The notes: generated by a model not told the origin, from the letters alone. A DNA stretch of 64,000 nucleotides from Gemmatimonadota bacterium (GCA_965116475.1 OZ220691.1:849093-913092), one strand, 5' to 3'; shown: positions 37,694 through 47,292, counted from the stretch's first letter. Numbers and translations are program-made.

Positions 37694-38823
37694 CGCGCGC
37701 GCCGCAGGGCGTGGAGCTGCGCGGCGTCGAGAAGCGATACGGCGAGATCGCGGCCGTCCGGGCGCTGGATCTGGAGGTCCGGCCGGGAGAGCTGGCGGTG
37801 CTGGTGGGGCCCTCGGGGTGCGGGAAGAGCACGCTGCTGCGCCTTATCGCCGGGCTCGTCGAACCCACCTCGGGAGAGGTGTGGATCGGGGGACGGCGCG
37901 TGGACGATGTCGAGCCGGGCGCTCGCGACGTGGCCATGGTGTTCCAGAGCTACGCGCTCTACCCGCATATGACCGTGGCCGCGAATCTGGGCTTCGGCCT
38001 GCGTGTGCGGGGCACGCCGCGCGACGAGCTCGAGCGGCGGGTGGAGGAGACCGCCGCCACGCTCGGCCTCTCCGACCTGCTGTCGCGGAGGCCGGGCGAG
38101 CTGTCCGGCGGACAGCGTCAGCGGGTGGCCCTGGGACGCGCCATGGTGCGCGATCCCGGCGTATTCCTCTTCGACGAACCGCTCTCGAACCTGGACGCGG
38201 AGCTGCGGCTGCGGACGCGCGACGAGATCGCGGCTCTGCACCGGCGCCTCGGCACGACGATGATCTTCGTGACGCACGACCAGGTGGAAGCGCTGTCCCT
38301 CGGCCAGCGGGTCGCGGTGATGGACCGTGGCCGACTCCAGCAGGTGGGTACGCCGGATGAGGTCTACCGCCGACCCGCCAACCTGTTTGTGGCGGGCTTC
38401 GTGGGGTCGCCGCCCATCAACCGCATCCCTCTGTCGCGCGACGAACGAGGGTGCCTCGCGGGCGGTCCGTTCACCCTGCGCGCGCCGTCGTACCTCGACC
38501 GGGCGACGCTGGGCGTGCGGCCGGAGGACCTCGCCATAGTCCCCGCGGGGGCGCAGGATTCAAGCGAGGCGGGCGACGCCACCGAAGCGGGCGACTTCCG
38601 GGCCGTCGTGCTCCGCGTGGAGGCGCTGGGCAGCGAGCAGCGCCTGCACCTGGACGGCCCCGGCGACGCGGCCTGGGTGGCGCGCGCGGGCCCCGTCCTT
38701 CGGATCGCCCCCGGGGACCGGGTGAACGCGTCGGTCGCGTGGGAGCGCAGCCACCTGTTCGGTCCGGATGGCCGCCGCGAGGAGGCCGCGCCGCGACCGA
38801 TGGACCGGGCGGGCCCCCGATGA
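37690..38823 (+). CDS. carbohydrate ABC transporter ATP-binding protein (MalK/UgpC-like)
   Basis: Walker A GPSGCGKST, signature LSGGQRQR, Walker B LFDEPLS and the C-terminal TOBE-like domain. GTG start overlaps the GH stop (GTGA). Confidence 0.9.
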   Translation: MTRAPQGVELRGVEKRYGEIAAVRALDLEVRPGELAVLVGPSGCGKSTLLRLIAGLVEPTSGEVWIGGRRVDDVEPGARDVAMVFQSYALYPHMTVAANLGFGLRVRGTPRDELERRVEETAATLGLSDLLSRRPGELSGGQRQRVALGRAMVRDPGVFLFDEPLSNLDAELRLRTRDEIAALHRRLGTTMIFVTHDQVEALSLGQRVAVMDRGRLQQVGTPDEVYRRPANLFVAGFVGSPPINRIPLSRDERGCLAGGPFTLRAPSYLDRATLGVRPEDLAIVPAGAQDSSEAGDATEAGDFRAVVLRVEALGSEQRLHLDGPGDAAWVARAGPVLRIAPGDRVNASVAWERSHLFGPDGRREEAAPRPMDRAGPR

Positions 38824-40139
38824 CGCGCCCCCGGCCGGGCACCCGCAGATCCCTGCCGGCCACCACCGCTCGCGGCGTGGTCTGCGCCGCCCTCATCCTT
38901 GGGGCGGTCGGCTGCGCGCCCAGCGAATCGGACATCGTGCTGCGCGTGGCCCTTTGGGCCGGGGGGCACGAACTCGAGATCGAGCGGCAGGTGGCCGACC
39001 GCTACGAGGCGCAGCACCCCGGCGTCCGCATCGCGCTCGAATCAGCCCCCAACGGATACGAGGAGCGCCTGCTGACCTCGATCGCGGCGGGGCGTCCGCC
39101 GGACGTCTACCTCATGGACTCGCCGGACATCCCGACCTTCGTGGAGCGCGGGCTGGCGCTGGACCTCGCGCCGTACGAGGAGGCGCTCGGCTGGCGGCCG
39201 GACAGCGTGTTCAGGCAGGTGGCGGACGCGTTTCGCCGGGGCGCGTCGATGTTCGCGCTGCCGAAGGACTTTACGCCGATGGTCCTGTACGCGAACCGGA
39301 CCGTGCTCGCCGCCGCCGGCGTCGAAGACCTTCTGCCCGCGGCGAACTGGACCTGGACGGACTTCCGGCAGGCCGCGGAGGCGGTCGTCGCGGACGCCGA
39401 CGGCGACGGCCGCGACGACGTGTTCGGGTTCGACTTCCCGCGCAACCTGTACCAGTGGGTTCCATTCGTGTGGTCGGCGGGCGGCGACATCCTCGCGCCC
39501 GGCGGCGGCACGGCGGCAGGCTACCTGGACGGGCCGGAAGCGCTGCAGGCCTACCGCTTCCTCACGGCTCTGGCGGAGGACGGCCTCACGCCGGGCGCGC
39601 AGTTCGTGCAGCAGGGAGACCCCGCGCGGGAGGCGCGCTTCGCATCGGGCGGACAGGCGTTCCTGCTCTCGGGCCACTGGACGCTCCCCGTGTTCCGCGA
39701 CCTGGTGGAAACGGGCGACCTGGACCTGGCCATCGTCCCCATCCCGCACCATCCCTCGCGGACAGCAGCGACCAGCGTGCTGTACGCGTCCGGGTGGGCC
39801 GTGCCGCCGAACGCGACGCACCTGCGCCGGGCCATCGACCTGGCCGGCTTCCTCGCCTCGCCCGACGCGCAGCGCATCCGGGCGCGGTCGGGACTCGCCA
39901 TTCCGTCGCGGATGGATGTGGCGGCCGAGATCGCGGCGGCGGACGGCACGGGAGTGGAGCGTGCGTTCGTCGAGTTGGTCGAGGGCGCGCGGATGACGTG
40001 GGGCGCCCGCGTGCGCGACTTCTCCCGCATCGAGGCGCTGGCGGTGGAGATCATGGACCGCCGCCTGATTCGGGGAGAGCCCCTCGCAGCGAGCGCCGCG
40101 GACGTGGCCCGCCGCATCGACGCGGAGCTGGGGCGGTGA
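38820..40139 (+). CDS. ABC transporter substrate-binding lipoprotein (sugar family 1)
   Basis: MTRPRPG...LILGAVGCAPS lipobox. 439 aa. ATGA overlap with the ATPase stop. Confidence 0.85.
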   Translation: MTRPRPGTRRSLPATTARGVVCAALILGAVGCAPSESDIVLRVALWAGGHELEIERQVADRYEAQHPGVRIALESAPNGYEERLLTSIAAGRPPDVYLMDSPDIPTFVERGLALDLAPYEEALGWRPDSVFRQVADAFRRGASMFALPKDFTPMVLYANRTVLAAAGVEDLLPAANWTWTDFRQAAEAVVADADGDGRDDVFGFDFPRNLYQWVPFVWSAGGDILAPGGGTAAGYLDGPEALQAYRFLTALAEDGLTPGAQFVQQGDPAREARFASGGQAFLLSGHWTLPVFRDLVETGDLDLAIVPIPHHPSRTAATSVLYASGWAVPPNATHLRRAIDLAGFLASPDAQRIRARSGLAIPSRMDVAAEIAAADGTGVERAFVELVEGARMTWGARVRDFSRIEALAVEIMDRRLIRGEPLAASAADVARRIDAELGR

Positions 40140-41917
40140 GCCGCGCGCGGCAACCGGCCCTCGCCGCCCTTGCCGCCGTCGTCCTGGCCGCCGGGCTGGC
40201 GCTGGTGCTGGCCGTCGGCGCCGGCCGCGGGCACAGCGTCCGCGTGGATTCGGCCGAAGCCGAAGCGCGCATGGCGGCCGCGCTGTGGGAGGAGGCGGGC
40301 GGCGCCCGGGCGGTCACCGCACTGCTCGGTGAACGAGCGACGATCCTCGGCGCGGGCGCCGGAGGCGACGGGGCGGGGGCATACGCGTACGAGGCCGGCA
40401 CCCTCGAGCCCGCCGCCTGGATCGCGGTCGCGCCGCGCCGCGCGTACGGCCCGCTGGGGGCCCTCCCCGGCGCGGCCGGCGCCATCGCGCTGGCGGGCGC
40501 CGCGCTCATCGCCGGCTGGGCCGCGGGCCGGCGCCGCGGGCCGGCCCGTTCTCGCTACCCGGGGGGCATCGCGCTCCTCTCCATCGGCTGCGTCGCCCTG
40601 GCGGCGGCCGTCACCGGGCGGTGGGCGGACCGCGAACTCCGATCGCTGAGCGCCGCCACGGTGGCCCAGGGGGCACAAGCGGTCGAGCGGGCCCTGGCGA
40701 GCGGCGCGGAGCCGGCCCGCGCCGCCCGGGTCGCCCACCTCCCCTGGGCCGAGGACCACTCGCTGGAGGCCACCGGCGAGCAATGGACCATGCCGCCTGA
40801 AGTCGCGGCGGCCATCGCCGCCTCGCCCGACCGAGCCACGCAGCCCGCCGGCACGCCCGCGGGGACGCCGTACACGGTGGAAGCGGGCGGCGCCACGTGG
40901 CACGCGGCCCGCGCCGCCGACATCCACGTCGCGTTCCTCGGCTACGAGCGTACCGCCTCGCCCGCCCTCGCGCTGGCCGCCGCGGCCGCGCTCGCCACCC
41001 TGCTGGTCGCGCTGGCGCTCCACCTCGTGCAACTCGCGGCCCGTCCCCGCGTCCTGCGCCGAACCCTCGCGGCGTGGGGCCTCCTCGCGCCGGCCGCGGC
41101 CCTCATCCTCGCGTTCACGCTCGGGCCGCTCCTCTTCTCCCTCTGGATCTCGCTGCACGAGTGGCGCCTCATCGATCCCGCGCCGCTCTTCCTCGGATTC
41201 GACAACTACGCGGCGCTGCTCGGCGACGGCGAGTGGTGGTCGGCGATCGGGAACACGGCGCTGTTCACGCTGCACGTGCCCGCCGCGATGGCCGTCGCCC
41301 TCGCCCTCGCGCTCCTCACCCGGGGGTCGCGCCGCGCCGCGCGCTGGGCCCGGCTCGCCCTCTTCCTCCCCGGCATCACGAGCGTGGCGGCGATCGCCGT
41401 GGTGTGGAAGTGGCTGCTCAGCGACCGGTACGGGCTGCTGAACCGGGGCCTGGAGCGCATCGGGCTCGAGTCCGTCCCGTGGCTCAGCTCGCCCGACACC
41501 GCGCTGATCAGCCTGATGCTGATCGGCATCTGGATGGTGGTGGGCTACCAGATGGTCGTCTTCCAGGCGGGCCTCGCCGCGATCCCGCGCGACTGGTACG
41601 ACGCGGCCCGGGTCGACGGCGCGGGGCCGTGGCAGCGCCTCCGCCACGTCACCCTGCCCGGCCTGCGCCACACGCTGTTCTTCGTGCTCGTCACGTCCGT
41701 CATCGGGTCCTTCCAGGTGTTCGGACTCGTCTACGTGATGACCGAGGGCGGCCCGCTGGGCGCCACTGACGTCGCCGTATATCACATCTACCGCGAGGCG
41801 TGGGAGTTCCTGCAGTTCGGCAACGCGGCGGCGATGAGCTGGATGCTGTTCGCCGTCGTGTTCGCCGCCACGTGGCTGCACTTCCGCTTCCTCGATACGC
41901 GGCGCGCCCATGGCTGA
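40136..41917 (+). CDS. MalF-like carbohydrate ABC permease with about 300-aa N-terminal 4-TM extension
   Basis: C-terminal 290 aa is a canonical type I permease (EAA-like motif region AARVDGAGPWQRLRHVTLPGL). The in-frame upstream 300 aa are Ala-rich but hold 4 predicted TM helices and a roughly 130-aa loop, reminiscent of the MalF N-terminus. The GTG at 40136 overlaps the SBP stop. An alternative start is GTG near 41024. Confidence 0.65.
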   Translation: MSRARQPALAALAAVVLAAGLALVLAVGAGRGHSVRVDSAEAEARMAAALWEEAGGARAVTALLGERATILGAGAGGDGAGAYAYEAGTLEPAAWIAVAPRRAYGPLGALPGAAGAIALAGAALIAGWAAGRRRGPARSRYPGGIALLSIGCVALAAAVTGRWADRELRSLSAATVAQGAQAVERALASGAEPARAARVAHLPWAEDHSLEATGEQWTMPPEVAAAIAASPDRATQPAGTPAGTPYTVEAGGATWHAARAADIHVAFLGYERTASPALALAAAAALATLLVALALHLVQLAARPRVLRRTLAAWGLLAPAAALILAFTLGPLLFSLWISLHEWRLIDPAPLFLGFDNYAALLGDGEWWSAIGNTALFTLHVPAAMAVALALALLTRGSRRAARWARLALFLPGITSVAAIAVVWKWLLSDRYGLLNRGLERIGLESVPWLSSPDTALISLMLIGIWMVVGYQMVVFQAGLAAIPRDWYDAARVDGAGPWQRLRHVTLPGLRHTLFFVLVTSVIGSFQVFGLVYVMTEGGPLGATDVAVYHIYREAWEFLQFGNAAAMSWMLFAVVFAATWLHFRFLDTRRAHG

Positions 41918-42731
41918 CCGCGCGGTCGCGCCCCGGACGGCGCGGGGGCTCCTGCTCGCCGCGGCCTGCCTCGTCATGGCCGCGCCCTTCGCGTGGATGG
42001 CGCTCACGAGCCTCATGGGACAGCTCGAGGTGTTCGCCGGCGGGAGCCTCCTGCCGCGGCCGCCGCGGTGGTCCAACTATCCGGAGGCGCTGACGGTCCA
42101 GCCCTTCGGGCGCTACTTCCTGAATTCGGCCCTGTTCGCGACCGCGGTGGCGGCGGGCCAGGTCGCGACCTCGGCCACGGCCGGGTACGCCTTCGCCCGC
42201 CTCGACTTCCCGGGACGGGACGGGCTCTTCATGCTCTTCCTGTCGACGATGATGGTGCCCGCGGTCGTCGTCCTCATCCCCCGTTTCCTCGTCATCGAGG
42301 CCCTCGGCTGGATCGACACCTACCAGGGACTCATCTCCACGGAACTCGTCTCGGTGTGGGGCATATTTCTCATGCGCCAGTACTTCCGGACGGTGCCGCG
42401 CGAGCTGGAAGACGCCGCGCGCGTGGACGGCGCCGGGCGGGTGCGCATCTTCTGGAGCGTCGCCCTGCCGCTCGCGAAGCCCGCCGTGGCCACGCTCGCC
42501 CTGTTCGCGTTCGTCGACGCGTGGAAGAACCTGCTGTGGCCGCTCCTCGTGACCCGCTCCACGGAGATGCGGGTCGTCGAGGTGGGGATCGCCGCCTTCC
42601 ATTCGACCTACGAGATCAACTGGCCCTACCAGATGGCGGCCGGCGTCGCCGCCGTGCTGCCCATCGCCCTCCTCTTCCTCTTCACCCAGCGGTACTTCGT
42701 GCGCGGCATCCAACTGGAAGGCATCCGCTAG
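41910..42731 (+). CDS. carbohydrate ABC permease (MalG/UgpE-like)
   Basis: 273 aa, 6 TM, with EAA motif EDAARVDGAGRVRIFWSVALPLAKP. 8-nt overlap with the upstream permease. Confidence 0.9.
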   Translation: MADRAVAPRTARGLLLAAACLVMAAPFAWMALTSLMGQLEVFAGGSLLPRPPRWSNYPEALTVQPFGRYFLNSALFATAVAAGQVATSATAGYAFARLDFPGRDGLFMLFLSTMMVPAVVVLIPRFLVIEALGWIDTYQGLISTELVSVWGIFLMRQYFRTVPRELEDAARVDGAGRVRIFWSVALPLAKPAVATLALFAFVDAWKNLLWPLLVTRSTEMRVVEVGIAAFHSTYEINWPYQMAAGVAAVLPIALLFLFTQRYFVRGIQLEGIR

Positions 42732-42732
42732 C

Positions 42733-44583
42733 GTGATGCGGGTCGGGGCGCTCGAGGCGCGGCGCTGGGCCGGGCTCGTGTTTGCGGCCGGGCACGGCGA
42801 GGGGATCGGCCTCCGCCTCGTCTTCACCACACCTGACGGCGAGCGGCGGGAGTTGGAGGACTGGTACTGGATGGTCTCCCGTGTCGGTCCCCACGCGCCG
42901 GATGGATCCTACGCGCGCATGGAGTTCGACCTCGCCGCCGAGACGTCGGCGGACTCCCGCCCTGCGCGGAGCACGCTCATACTGGAGTGGTCGCGGCGCG
43001 AGAATGCCGTGGCATTGCGGGCGGTGGCGCGAGCGCCGGGCCGTGTGGCGTTGGTGGGGGACGATCCGTGGGGGTGGAAGACGACGTGGGAGAAAGCGTC
43101 CGAAGGCTGGCGGGCCGCGCTGGAAGGCATGGAGATCGCCGCCGCCTTCGCGCCTCGGGCGGGGGAACGCGCGGCCACGGTGGTCGCATGGGAGCCGCGA
43201 GGGGCGCCGTCCGGATCCACGGCCGCTCTGGACCGCGCCCAGCGCCTTCTCCCGGAGGTGGACCGCTGGATCGACGACGCGCGCGCCGACTGGGACCGTC
43301 GCCGTCCACGTGGGTCGGGGGCCGCGGAAGGACTCGTCGAAGCCGTTGCTGACCACGCGGTGTGGAATGTCCTCCTCCAGCCGGAAACCGGACGCCTGTA
43401 CGCGCCGGCGGGTCGTCGCTGGATCTTCCCGAAGCCCCGGCGCGCTGTACGGGAAGAGCCGCCCGGGCCCGACGACTGGACGGTGTTCGGGTGGGATTCC
43501 TTCTTCAACGCGCTCGCGCTCGCCACCGCGTCGGGGCGGTTGGCGTGGGAGGTGCTCCTCGCCGGGCTCGAGTCGCGCTATCCGAACGGGAACGTGCCCA
43601 ACTGGAGGAGCCGGCGCGGGGGCACGCCCGACCGCTCCCAGCCCCCGATCGGGTCGTTCGCCGCCTTGAAGCTGCACCTCACCTGCCCTGACGAGGACGC
43701 ACTGGCGGCGGCCTGGACAGGGCTTCGCGCGTGGAACGACTGGTGGGTGGCGGACAAGGGCGGACGCCCGCGCCGCGAGGGCCTCACCCCGGGACTGCTG
43801 GCGTGGGGCTCGGATGCGGCGCTGATTCCGCCATGCAAACAGCTTCCGGAGTGGGAGGTGGGCGCCGGCGGCCACCAGCGCGCGGCGTGGGAGTCGGGCC
43901 AGGACGACCTGCCGCTGTGGGAGGAGGCGGAATGGGATCCGGAGCGGGAAGTCCTCGCCATGTCCGCCGTCGATCTGTGCAGCTACCGCGCGCTGGACCT
44001 CGAATGCCTGGCGCGGATCGCCGCCATCCTGGGCGACTCGGCGGAGGCGGAGCGGCTGGAGGCCGAGCGCCGCCGGCTGGTCGCGACGATGAACCGGGTG
44101 CTGTGGTCCGAAGCCGCCGGGCTCTACCTGGACGAGCTGCCTGCCGGTCGCTCTCCTCGTGTGGCGGCGTCGAACTTCCTTCCCCTGATCGCCGGCGTGC
44201 CGTCAACGCGGCGGGCGCGGCGCATGATCGGCGTGCTGCGCGACCCCGCGCGCTTCCGGGGACAGTGGATGCTGCCCACCATCTCGCGCGACGACCCGGC
44301 GTTCGAGGACCAGCAGTACTGGCGCGGCTCCATCTGGCCGCCCATGAATTACCTCGTGCTGCAGGGACTGCGGCGGTACAGGTTCGACGAACTCGCAAAC
44401 GAACTGGCATGGAAGGGGGCGCTCATGTTCCTCGCCGACCTCCGGCGCACGGGGTTCTGCCGCGAGAACTTCGACGCGCGCAGCGGTCGGGGGCGGGGGC
44501 ACCGCTTCCAGAGCTGGGGACCGCTGTTCGCGCTCGGCGCGATCGAGGAGACCGTCAACGGCTGTCCATGGCGCGGACGGTAG
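42733..44583 (+). CDS. six-hairpin glycoside hydrolase, clan GH-G (GH63/GH37-like)
   Basis: QQYWRGSIWPPMNYLVLQGL matches the Q-W-x-x-P-x-x-W-P-P signature of trehalase and mannosylglycerate-hydrolase-type enzymes. 616 aa, no signal peptide. Confidence 0.75.
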   Translation: MMRVGALEARRWAGLVFAAGHGEGIGLRLVFTTPDGERRELEDWYWMVSRVGPHAPDGSYARMEFDLAAETSADSRPARSTLILEWSRRENAVALRAVARAPGRVALVGDDPWGWKTTWEKASEGWRAALEGMEIAAAFAPRAGERAATVVAWEPRGAPSGSTAALDRAQRLLPEVDRWIDDARADWDRRRPRGSGAAEGLVEAVADHAVWNVLLQPETGRLYAPAGRRWIFPKPRRAVREEPPGPDDWTVFGWDSFFNALALATASGRLAWEVLLAGLESRYPNGNVPNWRSRRGGTPDRSQPPIGSFAALKLHLTCPDEDALAAAWTGLRAWNDWWVADKGGRPRREGLTPGLLAWGSDAALIPPCKQLPEWEVGAGGHQRAAWESGQDDLPLWEEAEWDPEREVLAMSAVDLCSYRALDLECLARIAAILGDSAEAERLEAERRRLVATMNRVLWSEAAGLYLDELPAGRSPRVAASNFLPLIAGVPSTRRARRMIGVLRDPARFRGQWMLPTISRDDPAFEDQQYWRGSIWPPMNYLVLQGLRRYRFDELANELAWKGALMFLADLRRTGFCRENFDARSGRGRGHRFQSWGPLFALGAIEETVNGCPWRGR

Positions 44584-44593
44584 GGTCGTCCCG

Positions 44594-46807
44594 ATGAGGC
44601 GTGTGGAGTCGGCCGACCGGTCGGAGCGGGCGACGCTGGTCATCCTCGCCGCTGGGCGATCCACGCGGTTCGGTCGCGCCAAGCAGCTCGAACCGATGGG
44701 GCCGGGCGGCGCGTCGCTGCTCGAGTACGCGGTGTACGACGCCCTGCGCGCGGGCTTCGAGCGTTTCGTGCTCGTGGTGCGCGAGAGCCAGCGCGACGAG
44801 TTCGAGGCGCGTCTGGCTCCACTGCGCGCGGCGGGGGTCTCTCTCTCCTTCGCTTGCCAGCGCCTGGTCCACCCCGACCTCGTCCCCCTCGCCCCACCCG
44901 GGCGCGTCCGGCCCTGGGGCACGGGATTCGCCGTGTTGGCCGCGGCGACGGCCCTGACCCATCGCGGCGCGTTTGCCGTCTGTAACGCGGACGACTTCTA
45001 CGGGCGGGTCGCGTACGAGCGCCTGGCGCACGCGCTCGCGACGCCTCCCTCGGGTATCCGCGCCTTCGCGGTGACCTCCCCCTTGACCCACACCCTGTCG
45101 GCCTTTGGAGGCGTGTCGCGCGGCCTTTGCGAAGCGGGGCCCGACGGCACACTCCTCCGGATGACGGAAGGCCTGGATCTGCGCCTCGACGGCGACGCGC
45201 CCGGGGACGCTGCGCGGACGGGCGAAGGAGCCGAGCCCTCGGCCGGCCGCCCCTGCGTCGTCGGGCACACTCCCGCCGGCGCAGCGGTCCGGGTGGACGC
45301 GGACAGCCAGGTGTGCATGGGTCTGTGGGGATTCTTCCCCGACATCCTGCCCCTGCTGGAGGAACGCTTCCGGGATTTCGTCGCTGCCTCCCCGGGGACC
45401 GAGGACGAGTTCTACCTGTCGGAGACCATCGGCGATCTTGCGGCCGCCGAACGGACGCGCTGCGGCCTGGTGCCCGCGGGCCCGGGATGGATGGGCGTCA
45501 CTTTCCCCGGAGACCGCGAGGGCGTCGCCGTGTCGCTTCGGCAACTGACCGAGGCCGGCGCCTATCCCGTCGATCTCTGGACGCCGCACGTTCACGCGAA
45601 GCCGGTCCGCGCGGCTCAGGCGTCGCTCTTCAGTCCGCCGCAGGCGCCGCCGAGTGGGGTGGCGACCGCTCCAGGGCGCATCAACCTGATCGGCGAGCAC
45701 ATCGACTACAACGGCCTGCCGGTGCTGCCGATGGCTCTCGACCGACACGTCCGGCTGGATTTCGAGGCGCTGCGGTACTCGACGGTCGAACTCGAAGGCG
45801 ATTCCGCCCACGGTTCGTTCGCCTTCCGGCTGGACCGCACCACAGAATCCGCACCCCGGGGCCACTGGTCGAACTACGTGAGGGCCGCGGCCAGGGGATT
45901 GCTCGACCACGGCGTGGAACTGAAGCGAGGCATCAGGGGAACGGTCACGGGCACCGTGCCGGTGGCGGAGGGGCTGTCGTCCTCTTCCGCCCTTGTAGTG
46001 GCGTCCGCGCTGGCCCTGTTACACGCGAACGAAGCGGACGTAGAGGCCCTGGAACTGGCGGCGCTTCTCGCCCGGGCCGAGCGTTATGTCGGCGTGCAGG
46101 GCGGCGGGATGGACCAGGCCGCGTCGCTCTGCGGAAAGGAAGGGCACGCGCTGCGGATCGACTTCGGACCGCTGCGCGTGACACCCGTGCCGGTGCCGGA
46201 GGGGTGGCGCTGGGTCGTCGCCTCGTCGTTGACGCGCGCCGAGAAGGCGGGAGCGGTCCGCGAGTTGTACAACGAGCGGCGGGCCCAGTGCGCGGAGGCC
46301 CTCGAACGGGTGGGTCAGGCTTCCTGGCTGGAGGTCGTGGAAGCCGGCCGGGCCGAGTTCGAATCCATCCTGGCCGGGGCACAGAGGTCGCTGCCGCTCA
46401 CGTTGTGGAGGCGCTTTCGCCACGTGGCCACCGAGGGTCGCCGGGTGATCGAGGCCGAGCGCGCGCTTCGCGACGGCAACATGGCGGCCTTCGGCCGGCT
46501 GATGAACGCATCGCACGCCAGCCTGCGCGATGACTTCGGCGTGAGCACGCAGGCGCTGGACGAGATCGTGGGCGTGGCCCTCGAGGCGGGGGCGGCCGGC
46601 GCGCGGCTCACGGGCGCGGGATTCGGCGGCTGCGTGGTCGCGCTCTGCCCCGCGAACGAGGCGAAGGGCGTGATCGAAGCCCTGCTCGATCGCTTCTACG
46701 CCCCCCGAGGAGGGGTCGACCGCCGTGCCCTCTTCGTCGCCGACGCCGCCGACGGCGCCACCGTAACGAGCGGTGGGCCGTTGGCCGTCTCGACAGGCGA
46801 TAGCTAG
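44594..46807 (+). CDS. bifunctional sugar-1-phosphate nucleotidyltransferase / GHMP sugar-1-kinase (galactokinase-like), Fkp-like domain order
   Basis: N-terminal LVILAAGRSTRFG...KQL nucleotidyltransferase motif. C-terminal PGRINLIGEHIDYNGLPVLPMAL (GalK signature), GLSSSSALVVASALAL (GHMP motif 2) and GAGFGGCVVAL (motif 3). 737 aa. Confidence 0.8.
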   Translation: MRRVESADRSERATLVILAAGRSTRFGRAKQLEPMGPGGASLLEYAVYDALRAGFERFVLVVRESQRDEFEARLAPLRAAGVSLSFACQRLVHPDLVPLAPPGRVRPWGTGFAVLAAATALTHRGAFAVCNADDFYGRVAYERLAHALATPPSGIRAFAVTSPLTHTLSAFGGVSRGLCEAGPDGTLLRMTEGLDLRLDGDAPGDAARTGEGAEPSAGRPCVVGHTPAGAAVRVDADSQVCMGLWGFFPDILPLLEERFRDFVAASPGTEDEFYLSETIGDLAAAERTRCGLVPAGPGWMGVTFPGDREGVAVSLRQLTEAGAYPVDLWTPHVHAKPVRAAQASLFSPPQAPPSGVATAPGRINLIGEHIDYNGLPVLPMALDRHVRLDFEALRYSTVELEGDSAHGSFAFRLDRTTESAPRGHWSNYVRAAARGLLDHGVELKRGIRGTVTGTVPVAEGLSSSSALVVASALALLHANEADVEALELAALLARAERYVGVQGGGMDQAASLCGKEGHALRIDFGPLRVTPVPVPEGWRWVVASSLTRAEKAGAVRELYNERRAQCAEALERVGQASWLEVVEAGRAEFESILAGAQRSLPLTLWRRFRHVATEGRRVIEAERALRDGNMAAFGRLMNASHASLRDDFGVSTQALDEIVGVALEAGAAGARLTGAGFGGCVVALCPANEAKGVIEALLDRFYAPRGGVDRRALFVADAADGATVTSGGPLAVSTGDS

Positions 46808-46841
46808 AATGGCGGGGATGGATCAGGACAGGATTCTGCCG

Positions 46842-47051
46842 ATGCAAACCTACACTGCCGTCGTGGAGCGCTGCCCCGACACGGGCCTGTATGTGGGCTA
46901 TGTGCCCGGTTTCCAAGGTGCGCACAGCCAAGGCGAGACCCTTGAGGAACTCAACCGGAATCTCAAGGAAGTGATCGCCATGCTTCTCGAGGAGGGGACG
47001 CCCGCACTCGTTGGCGAGTACGTCGGGACCCAGACCGTCGTCCTGGCCTAG
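46842..47051 (+). CDS. hicB: HicB-family antitoxin (UPF0150)
   Basis: MQTYTAVVERCPDTGLYVGYVPGFQGAHSQGETLEELNRNLKEVIAMLLEEG is the HicB/UPF0150 consensus pattern; 69 aa. Confidence 0.75.
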   Translation: MQTYTAVVERCPDTGLYVGYVPGFQGAHSQGETLEELNRNLKEVIAMLLEEGTPALVGEYVGTQTVVLA

Positions 47052-47057
47052 GCTCGG

Positions 47058-47285
47058 GTGCCGCCGGTCCCCGTCCTCAAGCCGCGCGAGGTCGTTTCAA
47101 TCCTCCGTCGGCTCGGTTTCAAGGAAGTGCGACAGCGGGGGTCCCATAAGCGGTTCCGCCATCCTGATGGTCGCGCAACGACCGTACCCGTCCACGGCGG
47201 CCGGGACGTGTCACCCATACTGCTCCGAAGGATCGCCCGCGAAATCGGCCTGACGATTCACGAGTTCGTTGAGCAGCGGCGATAG
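47058..47285 (+). CDS. hicA: HicA-family mRNA-interferase toxin
   Basis: [59 protein letters not shown] is the YcfA/HicA dsRBD-like fold signature (GSH..F.HP). GTG start 6 nt after the hicB stop. Confidence 0.8.
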   Translation: MPPVPVLKPREVVSILRRLGFKEVRQRGSHKRFRHPDGRATTVPVHGGRDVSPILLRRIAREIGLTIHEFVEQRR

Positions 47286-47292
47286 GGAAACC

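Noticed and set aside
38768-40135. Upstream 1.3 kb of the 1049-aa ORF 38768..41917
   Set aside because: This stretch lies in the permease frame but overlaps the well-supported SBP gene in another frame. The translation there is Arg/Gly/Pro junk, so only the part from 40136 onward is retained.
39551-42076. 841-aa minus-strand ORF
   Set aside because: Antisense to the ABC transporter operon.
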